From: Malacoraja senta
Lineage: Eukaryota
Direction: 5' to 3'
NCBI GenBank assembly: GCA_038087875.1
Contig: CM075988.1
Coordinates: 21,950,001-22,014,000, forward strand
DNA: 64,000 bases
Positions 52,101 through 64,000 of this stretch are shown one piece after another (the stretch's first letter is position 1; each line of letters begins with the position of its first letter). The notes under the pieces are model-generated. The model worked only from the letters and a program-made list of their open reading frames with translations, made no database searches and was not told the DNA's origin. Both the position numbers and the translations under genes were made by a program.

Positions 52101-53388
52101 AAACATTTGATAATGTGGCATATCAAAGGTTCTTGTGGAAAATAACAGCTCCGGAGGCAACATTTTGGTGTGAACAGAAGACTGGTTGGCCAAGGGGAAA
52201 GAAAGAATAGACAGGGACGGCACAGTGGTGAAGCAGTAGAGTTGCTGCCCTACAGTGCCAGCGAAGACACCACAGAGGGTTGAATGCATCCATGGCGTGG
52301 ATTGTAAGGTAGCTGTTAAATAGTTTATCGACTGTCGTGTATTATGGTGGAGGGTTCTGTTTTGTTTTTAACTGTGCTGTATATATTATTTTAATGTTTG
52401 AATAAATATTTTTGATTAAGAAAAGAAAAAAGTGGCAGCGACCCGGGTTCGATCCTGACTACAGGTGTTTGCCTGTACGTCCTCCCCGTGACATGCGTGA
52501 GTTTGCTCAAGGATCTCCGCTTTCCTCCCACACTCCAAAGACGCACAGGTTTGTAGGTTAATTGGCTTGGTATAATTGTAAATTGTCCCGAGTGTGTGTA
52601 GGATAGTGTTCTTCTTCCTCGTGTCCGGCCATCTTCCATATCACGTCTTTCCGGTCGGTCAGTGACGGTTGACGGTCGGTGGTTGCAGAATTGGCTACTT
52701 CAGTCAGTCACTGTGGTACAGTTTCTGTCGTCAGCATTGCCTGGGATGCGCCTCGTGGAGGCTTCTGCTTGCATCCCTAGGATAGTGTAAGAGTGCGGGG
52801 ATCGCTGGTCAGCGCGGACACGGTAGGCCGAAGGGCCTGTTTCTGCGCTGTATCTCTGAACTAAACATAAATGAATCATTGTCTACTTGGCAAGATGTAT
52901 CGGCTGATGTCCCACAGTGATCCATAATAAGATAAAGAGATCCTTTATCTACACTTTGACTCTTTGAGATGATCAAAGGGTTGAGTGACCAACTTCTTCT
53001 CCCAGTTGATTGTTTATTTGCGTTCCTAGATCCGGTATAGCTGGGGAACCGTTGATAATTCAACAGGAAGATTAGCACTACATGCCGCTGCATACGTCCC
53101 CTCTCTCTCCATCCCAATCCCACCCCCATCCCCTTCCCCCTTCCCCCTTCCCGTGTTCTCCCAATAGTCTTGTGTCTCCGACCACATTTGATCTTTGGCC
53201 CGCCCACTCCACTGGCATCAGTCTGAAGAATGATCTCGACCCGAAATGTCACCCATTGCTTCTCTCCAGAGATGCTGCCTGTCCCGCTGAGTTACTCCAG
53301 CTTTTTGTGTCTACGGACAACCAGCTTAGTTCAGCTTGGTTTAGATTAGTTTGGTTTATAATTGTCACAAGTCTGATAAAGTCCAATT

Positions 53389-53588
53389 NNNNNNNNNNNN
53401 NNNNNNNNNNNNNNNNNNNNNNNNNNNNNNNNNNNNNNNNNNNNNNNNNNNNNNNNNNNNNNNNNNNNNNNNNNNNNNNNNNNNNNNNNNNNNNNNNNNN
53501 NNNNNNNNNNNNNNNNNNNNNNNNNNNNNNNNNNNNNNNNNNNNNNNNNNNNNNNNNNNNNNNNNNNNNNNNNNNNNNNNNNNNNNNN
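53389..53588. other. Assembly gap (200 N)
   Basis: Run of N. Confidence 1.
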
Positions 53589-56500
53589 ATAGGTCAATAA
53601 CCTAAACTTCACTAAATAATTTTATAAATGTTAAGAAATTCTAATATATATTTTTAATGATCATATTAATTCCTCTGTTTGCAAATTCATAATGACATTA
53701 TTAACACAGCTGAAGAAAGGATTGGATTCAGACTTTTGGAATAATCATTCGCTGAACCACTCTGTAATCATGTTAGTTGGTTTGCATCCAATGAATCCTC
53801 AGTGAATTTATTCAGCATAAAAATACCCTTCGCTTTGCCCCCTGTCTCGAAAGTGCACTGGTTCATACTCACAAACAGCATGGTTCATCCAAAATGGCAA
53901 CTTTTATTGAATGCTATGGTTTCTTTGTTTTTCTTTTATGTCATAATGAACTTTGTTGATGTTTGTTAATGCAGGACATTGCACAATTCTAGACAATCTT
54001 AGCATGATACCAAAGGCAAAAATCTTTTAAGACAAAGACTATGCAATGAAGATTTGCAGAAACAGGTTTGCAGCCTGAAGAATAAATAGGTTATATTGTC
54101 CGTTAAGATAAAGCCATGGTGGATATCTACTATAATGCATATATTACACAGTTTACCGATGCAATTAAGTGATTTATAAATATTTGTTGAATTCACCTTA
54201 ATAATAAAAAATTGAACTTTTGAAAGTCTACAACTTTGTCAATAATATGAGCTTCTTGTCGACACTTGGCCTCTTAAGTGAGTCTGAATCGGGACTATTT
54301 TCCATTTTCAACACACAGTTTTAGCTTTGTTTGAAGAACGGTCCTGATCTGAAACATTACCTACTCATGTCCTCCAGAGATGCTGCCAGACCCCTTGAGT
54401 TACTCCAGCACTTTGTGTCTGCCTTTGTTTAGTTTAGTTTAGAGATACAGCATGGAAGCAGGTCCTTTGGCCCATCGAGTCACCCGTTCACACTAGTTTT
54501 GTATTATCCCACTTTCTCAACCACTCCCTGCACTCTAAGGGCAATTTTATAAAGGCCAATTATCCAACAAACCACCCGTTTTTAGGGATGTGGGAGTAAA
54601 CCAGAGCACCCGAAGGAAGCTCACCCTGTCACAGGGAGAATGTGCAAACTCCGCATAGACAGCACCCAAGGTGAGAATCGAACTTAGTTCTCTGACGCCG
54701 TGAGGCAACGGTTCTACCAGCTGCACCACTGTGCTGTCCTGTGCATTTGTTGAAGAGCAGCTTTTCAAATTGCAGACAAATAATCGGTGAAGCGACTGAA
54801 AATGAAGAGATAGAAATTTGGAAGTAGGAAAGGCAAAGAATTCCTGTTGTTAAATATCTACCTCTTGTGAAAGAAACTGAGATTTCTTGCACAGTGAAAT
54901 TTGCCGCTTTTTCCCTCAGGACCAATTGTTCAGTTCAGTTTAGTTTATTGTCACGTGTACTGAGGTACGATGAAAAGCTTTCGTTGCGTGCTAACCAGCC
55001 AGCGGAGAGACAATACATGATTACAATCGAGCCATTCACAGTGTACAGATACATGATAAGGGAATGACATGTAGTGCAAGGTAAAGACACTAAAGTCTGA
55101 TCAAAGACAATCCAAGGGTCCCCGATGCAGTTCAACACTGCTCTCTGGTTGTGGTAGGGTGATTCAGTTGCCTGATAACAACTGTGAAGAAACGGTCAAC
55201 AAACTGTACAAGGTTCCGTGTTTCCTAAATTACTTCTGGTTGAGGCAACATGGGATCTCCTCCAGAGAGATGCTATGTCACAATCTGTCTACCCTATCGG
55301 GGGAGATGCAAAGGATCTTACAACAAAATTACGTGGAAGAGTTGGAGAATTCTCCCCAGAATAGTGCTATCACAACATTTCGAAGATACTGTATTTGGAC
55401 AAATACATGGATAGGAAAAATTTAGAGGGATATGAGCCTACGGGCAGCTGAAATTAGTGTGGAGCGGTCATCTTGATCGGTGTGGGCAAGTTAGGCCGAA
55501 TATTCTGTTTCCGTGCTTTATGCTTCTATGACACCATGACCCTAACAAATAATTTGGTTCTTATAACTTTGTTATTATATACAGGGCTCTCACTTAACTT
55601 TTTTTCTCTGTTGCCAGCCGGGCAACCTAGGCAGCTTTTTAGGTTGCCAAATGACAGTTTAGGTGATCATTTAAGACGGCTTGCATGACACGTGCGATAA
55701 TGTGCTCGGACGAAGTGCGTAGTTACCAGTCGGAATTATGGTCATTGAAGCATTCACATATTATTTTCTGCTTCAAATAAAGTCACAAACTAAACATATT
55801 CACCAATCAAGACATGATATATACCACAATGACATGCAGCAAAATTACAATACAGTATCTCAACTCTTTTTACACATTGCAATGAATGCAATTTCTATTA
55901 TTTCTTTCCACTTCCAAACAAAAATCTGGTTGGATTATTCAGCGTATGATCAACCTCGGTGAGACCAAGCGCAGGCTTGGCGATCGCTTCGCACAACACC
56001 TCCACTCAGTTCGCAATAACCAACCTGATCTCCCGGTGGCTCAGCACTTCAACTCCCCCTCCCATTCCAAATCCGACTTTTCTGTCCTGGGCCTCCTCCA
56101 TGGCCAGAGTGAGGTCCACCGTAAATTGGAGGAACAGCACCTCATATTTTAGCTTGGGTAGTTTACACCCCAGGGGTATGAACAATGGCATCTCCAATTT
56201 CAGGTAGTCCTTGCTTTCTCCCTCCTTCCCCTCCCATTCCCAGCTCTCCCACAGCCTACTGTCTCCGCCTCTTCCTTTCGTTATATATATACACACATAT
56301 TTATTTATCTATCTATTTATTTATTTATTTATCTATCTGTTTGTCTGTTCATTTATTTATTTATTTATGTATATAGTTATATATTCATATATAAATATAC
56401 ACTGTTTTGTTTTCTCATTTATAACATTGTTTACAGAGTACTATGTTTACATATTCTGTTGTGCTGCTGCAAGTAAAGGGCCTGTCCCACTTAGGAGACC

Positions 56501-59500
56501 TCCACAGCAACCTCTGGTGACCTTGCCCGCCACCCATGGTCGCTGCAAGGTCGCCAAGAGGTCACAGGAGGTTTTGGTCACTCTCCCTAATGGTTGAAAG
56601 TGGCTTCAAGGTTGAAGGCACTCTTCTGGACACGCGGATTAGGTTGCCCAAGTGGGACAGGCCCTTTAGGGTTTCATTGTTCTAACTGGGACGTGAGAGA
56701 ATAAAACACTCTTGACTCTTGACTTGCGTCGCTAATGTGTGGGATTGAACTAGCGTACGGGTGATCGGTGGTCGGCGTGGACTCGGTGGGCCGAAGGGCC
56801 TGTTTCCACACTGTGTCTTTAAATTAAACTAAAAACACTAAAACCAGAGGAAATCTAAAGAAGGGTCTCTACCCGAAACGTCACCCAATTTCTTCTATCC
56901 AGAGTTGCTGGCTGCTCCACGGAGTTCCCCGCACAATTAAAGCATGGAATAATCTTCACCCTACCATAGTTACCCAACCAGACGCAACTAAATTTAACGT
57001 AGCTCTTATTTCCCAAGAACCCTTTTTTGCTTAAGTCCAAGTCACGAGTCAAGAGAGTTTTATTGTCATGTGTCCCAGATAGGACAATGAAATTCTTGCT
57101 TGCTGCAGCACAACAGAATATGTAAACATAATACAGAACAGGAGATAAAAGTTCAGTGTGTCTATATACCATAGACCATATATATACACAATAAATAAAT
57201 AGATAAAGTGCAATAGGCTATTATTTTTCAGAGTTTGGAGTTTGGTGGTGGTGGGTCCACTCCTGTTTAAATTCTATTTGGAATATTTTTGGAGGACCAG
57301 GAAACCAAGAAGCAGGAGTTACTCCAGGGAGTTACTCCAGCTCCCTGGAGTGATTCTGCGTTGGTTTTCAGCGGTCGCAGCAAGGCGGCGACCAGACAGC
57401 AATGGCAGCCAGATCTCCCACAATGCAAAGGGAGGGAGAAACTGGCCGACACCAACCAGTTGCCGTGGCAGTGCGCATGTGCAGGGCGGCCGATGATGTG
57501 CTGGCCCTGGTTGTGCGCATGTGCAGGGGGAGGATGTGCAGGCCACGGCAGTGCGCATCAAAGATCCTATAGTGATAGGATCTTTGGTGCGCATGTGTAA
57601 GGCGTCTGGCCGTGCTGGCGGATGAGGAGCAAGCGGAGAGCAGAGACCCGAGACCCAGACACGGATACGGATGGCGGGCGGAGACGGAGAGTGACACAGA
57701 GACAGAGATAGAGAGGAGGCCCGCTCAGAATTAAACGATAGGTGTCCCGGTTGCTTGCCAAGCCGGGCAAATGGCATGGCATTTAGGTTGCCCGGCAGCA
57801 CTTTAGGTCGCCATTGGCACCCGGGCAACCGCTAATTTCGAGCCCTGATCAGCCATGATCACAGTGAATGGTGGTGCTGGCTCGAAGGGCCGAATGGCCT
57901 ACTCCTGCACATATTGTCTATTGTCTAAGATGGCCTAGTCATGACAAATGTAATTTTTTTATTCTTTAAATAACAGTCTAGAAATTTGCCTTTGCCATTT
58001 TTCTCACTTTATGATGGTTATCTCCCTAACTCCTTTGAAAGGCTAAAAGATTGCAAGGTTTATTCTCACCCATTAAAAATGTGTTAGGCTTCAACATAAT
58101 GTTACTCCATTTCAGAAACAGCCAGAATTACCAGTTGAATTTAGAGTCACAGAGTCATGCAGCACGGAAACTGGCCCTTCGGCCCGACACCTCCATGCCA
58201 ACCAAGATGCCCCATCTAAGCTTAGTTTAGTTTAGTTTTGTTTATTGTCACGGGTACCGAGGTACAGTGAAAAGCTTTTGTTTTTGTTGCGTGCTAACCA
58301 GTCAGTGGAAAGACAATACATGATTACAACCGAGCCATTCACAGTGTACAGACACATGATAAGGGAATAACGTTTAGTGCAAGATAAAGTCATTAAAGAT
58401 AGCCCAAGGGTCTCCAAATGAAGTGGATAGTAGTTCAAGACTGCTCTCTAGTTGTGGTAGGATGGTTCAGTTGTCTGATAACAGCTGGGAAGAAACTGTC
58501 CCCGAATCTGGAGGTGTGCCTTTTGCCCGATGGGAGAAGAGCCAAGAGGGAGTCTCCAGGCACACAGACCCCATTTACCCAGGTTTGGCCCATATTCCTC
58601 TACACCTCTCCTATCTAGCACTCTTTGTCAGGATCTCAGGAAGCAGCTCTTGATGGACCACACTGTAACACAAGCTGTAGTATCTAGCTATTGGGAGCTA
58701 CTAACAAGGGAAGAGTGCGCACTACAAACAGAGTGATGGTCATTTGGAATATTCATATATGAAGCAGCAGAATATTCAAATAGTAAGCATCAGGGAATTG
58801 AGAGCTGTGGGGATTAGGCACAGAGGAGGAGTTGAGACCTGGAGCAGTACAACAGTGCGGGGCCGGTCCCACTTCGATCGCCGGAGCCGCATGGAGTTGT
58901 GCGGAGCTGGTCCCGACATCGCGCGGGGCTCCGAAAAACTGACACTGTTCAAAAATTCCGCGCGGCAACGGCCTGCTGCCCCGCAGCCGCATCGAGGCCG
59001 TGCGCGCCGCATCGACGGCCGTGCGCACCGGTTTGACGTCACTCGACCCCCGCGCGGTCCCCACTTCCGGTTTGGTAGCGCTTGCCGCATGCAGCCGCAT
59101 GCTCGTGGGACCGGCCCTGTACGGGGATCACTCGACCTCCGCGCGGCCCCCGCGCGGCCCCTGTTTGCGGTTAGGTCGCGCTTGCCGCATGGAGTCGCAT
59201 GCCCGTGGGACAGGCCCTTAAGGGTAGGCTGGAGGTATCAAATACCTTACTGATCCTCCTATTTTCCTTGCAATAGCAGGGGAATCGGCATAGCCTTCAC
59301 AATGGAGAACAAGTAGAGGTGGCACAATGGCGCTGGGGTAGAGTTGCTGCCTTACAGCTGACTACGGGTGCTGTCTGTGTGGAGTTTGCACATTCTCTCT
59401 GCGACTGTGTGGGTTTTCTTGGGGTGCTCTGGTTTCCTCCCACATTCCATAGACATGCTGGTTTGCCTTCTGTAAATTGGATAGAACTAGTGTATGGCGT

Positions 59501-62500
59501 GAGTGTTGGTCAGTGCGGACTCAGTGGGCTGAAGAGCCTGTTTCTACGCTGTATCTCTAAAACTAAAGAACCCGCACAGGTTACTGAACATGCTGGCAGC
59601 CGTCTCTTTAGATGCACAACAGAACACCACAGGAAATCATTTTTCCCTGTGGCTATTAAACTGTACAACTCCTCCCCCTTCTGTCATGGGGCAGACTGAC
59701 TCCAACCCCCCCTCCCCCCCCCCCCCTCCCCCACCCCCACCCCACCCCCAAATCTTTGCACATCCACAATCCTGGACATTTCACTCATCACTTTAATTAG
59801 TTTCATGTATCTTGTTGTGTTATATGACTGATGGCAGACCAATTTCCCTCCTGGGATAAAGAACGTTCCATCGTATTGCGACGTATCGCACGAGGGCATA
59901 CAGCGAGACGTTGCCAGTAAAATGGAAGAGTAGCCCGCACAGATGTTGTCTCCGCCCAGAAGCGGTATCTCGAAAACTAAAACCAAAGAGACACCAGCGG
60001 ATGCGCTGGACATACTTTCCCAGGAAACATTTGATAAGGTGGCATATCAAAGGTTCTTGTGGAAAATAACAATAGACAATAGACAATAGGTGCCGGAGTA
60101 GGCCATTCGGCCCTTCGAGCCAGCACCGCCATTCAATGTGATCATGGCTGATCATCCCTAATCAGTACCCCGTTCCTGCCTTCTCCCCATATCCCCTGAC
60201 TCCGCTATCTTTAAGAGCCCTATCTAGCTCTCTCTTGAAAGCATCCAGAGAACCTGCCTCCACCGCCCTCTGAAGCAGAGAATTCCACAGACTCACCACT
60301 CTCTGTGAGGAAAAAGTGTTTCCTCGTCTCCGTTCTAAATGGCTTACTCCTTATTCTTAAACTGTGGCCCCTGGTTCTGGACTCCCCCAACATCGGGAAC
60401 ATGTTTCCTGCCTCTAGAAACATTTGATAATGTGGCATATCAAAGGTTCTTGTGGAAAATAACAGCTCCGGAGGCAACATTTTGGTGTGAACAGAAGACT
60501 GGTTGGCCAAGGGGAAAGAAAGAATAGACAGGGACGGCACAGTGGTGAAGCAGTAGAGTTGCTGCCCTACAGTGCCAGCGAAGACACCACAGAGGGTTGA
60601 ATGCATCCATGGCGTGGATTGTAAGGTAGCTGTTAAATAGTTTATCGACTGTCGTGTATTATGGTGGAGGGTTCTGTTTTGTTTTTAACTGTGCTGTATA
60701 TATTATTTTAATGTTTGAATAAATATTTTTGATTAAGAAAAGAAAAAAGTGGCAGCGACCCGGGTTCGATCCTGACTACAGGTGTTTGCCTGTACGTCCT
60801 CCCCGTGACATGCGTGAGTTTGCTCAAGGATCTCCGCTTTCCTCCCACACTCCAAAGACGCACAGGTTTGTAGGTTAATTGGCTTGGTATAATTGTAAAT
60901 TGTCCCGAGTGTGTGTAGGATAGTGTTCTTCTTCCTCGTGTCCGGCCATCTTCCATATCACGTCTTTCCGGTCGGTCAGTGACGGTTGACGGTCGGTGGT
61001 TGCAGAATTGGCTACTTCAGTCAGTCACTGTGGTACAGTTTCTGTCGTCAGCATTGCCTGGGATGCGCCTCGTGGAGGCTTCTGCTTGCATCCCTAGGAT
61101 AGTGTAAGAGTGCGGGGATCGCTGGTCAGCGCGGACACGGTAGGCCGAAGGGCCTGTTTCTGCGCTGTATCTCTGAACTAAACATAAATGAATCATTGTC
61201 TACTTGGCAAGATGTATCGGCTGATGTCCCACAGTGATCCATAATAAGATAAAGAGATCCTTTATCTACACTTTGACTCTTTGAGATGATCAAAGGGTTG
61301 AGTGACCAACTTCTTCTCCCAGTTGATTGTTTATTTGCGTTCCTAGATCCGGTATAGCTGGGGAACCGTTGATAATTCAACAGGAAGATTAGCACTACAT
61401 GCCGCTGCATACGTCCCCTCTCTCTCCATACCAATCCCACCCCCATCCCCTTCCCCCTTCCCGTGTTCTCCCAATAGTCTTGTGTCTCCGACCACATTTG
61501 ATCTTTGGCCCGCCCACTCCACTGGCATCAGTCTGAAGAATGATCTCGACCCGAAATGTCACCCATTGCTTCTCTCCAGAGATGCTGCCTGTCCCGCTGA
61601 GTTACTCCAGCTTTTTGTGTCTACGGACAACCAGCTTAGTTCAGCTTGGTTTAGATTAGTTTGGTTTATAATTGTCACAAGTCTGATAAAGTCCAATTAA
61701 AAGACAGTTCAAAGGTCTCCAGTGAGGAAGATGAGCGGTCAGGACTACACTCTAGCTGATGAGAAGTTAAGAGGGCAAGATTGAATAGGAAACCGAGGGA
61801 CAACTTCTTAAAACTGCGAGTGTGAGTATATGGAACGAGCTGCCCGCAGAAGTAGTTGAGACGGGTACGATAACAACATTTAAAAGACAATAGACAATAG
61901 GTGCAGAAGTAGGCCATTCGGCCCTTCGAACCAGCACCGCTATTCAATGTGCTCATGGCTGATCATCCCCAATCAGTACCCCGTTCCTGCCTTCTCCCCA
62001 TATCCCCTGACTCCGCTATTTTTAAGAGACCTATCTAGCTCTCCCTTGAAGACATTTGGACAGGTACATGGATAGGGAAGGTTTAGAGGGAAATGGACAA
62101 ATTCAGGCAAATGGGATTAGCCTGGATGGGGAATGGACAAGTTGGGCCAAAGGGTTATGTTTGGTTGGGCAAAGCTGTGTTTTGGTGTAATTATGAATAA
62201 TTAGTGTCAGGACATCTGAAATGTTCTGATTTAGAGGGATATGGGCCTCTGATACTTTGTGAGCACTTTAGTATAGGGCTTCCAACGACACCACAGTGTA
62301 TTTGCAGGTGCAGAAGATCCACTTTAACATTGGCAATGGGCCATTGGGTAAATACACACCAGAGCACTGTTTTACCGAGGCAGCCCGAGACAGCAAATGT
62401 TTACAAAACTATAAAAGACCTTTTTCCTGAAGGCAAGGTCACAGTGACGACAATCCTGCACTTGACACCGCCTCGTTCTTGCAGTACGTGACTGCAGTTT

Positions 62501-62969
62501 ACTGTCTAAACAAAGGATTACAGCACCTTGAACATTTAGTCTCCATTAAGTTTGAATCTGAAATGAATACAACTCCGTCACAAGATACAAAAAGCTGGAG
62601 CAACACTGCGGGACAGGCGGCATCTCTGGAGAGAAGGAATGGGCGACTTTCTGGTCGAGACCCTTCTTCAGACGTACAACGCTCAATACAGACAGCACCC
62701 ATGGCCAGGATCGAACCCGGGTCTCTGGTGCTGTAAGGCAGCAACTCTAACGCTGCGCCACTGTTTTGATAACCAGCATCCCCAAGTGCCCACACTAGTG
62801 TCACACTGGATCTCCCAGTACAAACTCTATGCAGCAGGCTTGCAGATGGTCCTTCCATAAATGAGGGTATTGTCCGCTTCACCTCTACCCCATTGAGGAC
62901 ATTGGGATTTAGTCTATGGAATTGGAGCACTACAATGCTGAGAACCATATTCTGCACTCTGTGTCCTTA

Positions 62970-63195
62970 AGGGCCTGTCCCACTTGGGCGTCATTTGCGC
63001 GTAATTTACGCGACATGATTTCTGCGTCCCGACACACGACGTGCGCGTCGTGCCGCGCACGTGGTGCACGCATTGTGCGTGGTGATGCAGGCAGGGACGC
63101 GCGGTCGCACATGGCGCCCCAGGATTTTGGGATGTACAAAATCTTTGTGCGCCATCTGCGTGACGCGCAAATAACGCCCAAGTGAGACAGGCCCT
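62970..63195. mobile_element. MITE of the same TIR family
   Basis: AGGGCCTGTCCCACTTGGGCG..CGCCCAAGTGAGACAGGCCCT, flanked by TTA on both sides. Confidence 0.8.
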
Positions 63196-63519
63196 TTACC
63201 CTTTGCTCTACCTAATGTACGTGAGTTTGACTTGATTGTATTTGTGTATAGTATTATCTGGTCTGTTTAGAGCTTTTCACTGCACCTCGGTACACGCGAT
63301 AATAATAAACCTAATATAAACATGAGTGCCTTTGTCTTCAAACCTCAAACTGTGCCGTGCCTGTCAGTGGCGAGGGAGGGAGCGTTCACGGGCGGATGTG
63401 TGAAGTGTCTGAATTGAGGCTATTGCGGACTGGGCCTCTGGAGGCCCTGCAGCAGCCTGGGACTCAATTAGATCGGCCGCCGCTCCAAGTGGCCTAGCAC
63501 GTGGATCGGACGCAGCTTG

Positions 63520-63975
63520 CAGAGGCTGAGGAGGAGGCTCAAGAAAGCCCACCTGTCCCCCCAGATCCTGACCAACTTCTACCGGTTTACCATCGAGAGC
63601 ATCCTGACCACCTGCTTCACGGTATGGTACAGCAGCTGCACTGTTGCGGACAGGAAGGCACTACAACGGGTGGTGAAAACCGCGCAGCACATCATCGGTG
63701 CCCCGCTCCCTGCCATGGATGCCCTCCACCGAAAACGGTGTCTGAAACGGGCTGGGAAGATCATTAAAGACCCCTCCCACCCCAACCATGGACTTTTTGC
63801 CCTCCTCCCATCAGGGAGGCGGTACAGGAGCCTCAGGTCTCGTACCAGTAGGATGAGGAACAGCTTCTACAATTATACCGTCGCATTGTTGAACTCGGAG
63901 TCCCGCCGACAGATTCCTCCGGTCCCACCGTCCCCATTGTTAATTATTCTGTATTTTTGATTATTCTGTATCCTC
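63520..63975 (+). mobile_element. Rex1/Babar-like LINE ORF2 3' end
   Basis: LRRLKK..ILTNFYRFTIESILT.C.TVWY..DRKALQRVVKTAQ..DPSHP.H.LF.LLPSGRRYRS. Confidence 0.85.
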
Positions 63976-64000
63976 TTTTTTTTTAAATTTCTATATTGCG

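Larger units (their letters stand above)
45272..61698 (+). repeat. Near-identical ~8.1-kb direct duplication (45272-53388 vs 53589-61698) straddling a gap
   Basis: Offset ~8310-8317; only scattered SNPs and short indels; ORF list is duplicated. Confidence 0.95.

Overview
Eukaryotic, repeat-rich vertebrate DNA. The repeat complement (V-SINE/HE1-like SINEs, CR1, Penelope remnants, Rex-type LINEs, DIRS) suggests a cartilaginous fish such as a skate or ray; this is an inference. There are two 200-N gaps (8168-8367, 53389-53588). Mobile elements include a decayed DIRS1-like tyrosine-recombinase retrotransposon (~3.9-8.2 kb), a near-intact full-length L1 (~10.45-16.74 kb, minus strand, one in-frame stop in ORF2), Helitron-like, hAT-like and MITE elements, and many CR1/SINE/Penelope fragments. 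The main discovery is not visible in the ORF track: a 10-exon plus-strand gene model spanning 21102-44604. It consists of a signal-peptide exon, eight phase-1/phase-1 Thr/Met/Pro-rich microexons (33-57 nt, one per unit of a ~1-4 kb tandem repeat), and a terminal exon ending in a GPI-anchor-like signal. The predicted product is a 197-aa mucin-like surface protein with a CD24/CD52-like architecture. Each repeat unit appears to be a duplicated copy of the terminal GPI exon plus flanks, converted to a cassette exon by an internal GT donor. Most units keep a read-through hydrophobic tail and a Penelope-type hammerhead motif. The gene model comes from sequence inspection only, with no expression evidence. 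Repeat boundaries are approximate.
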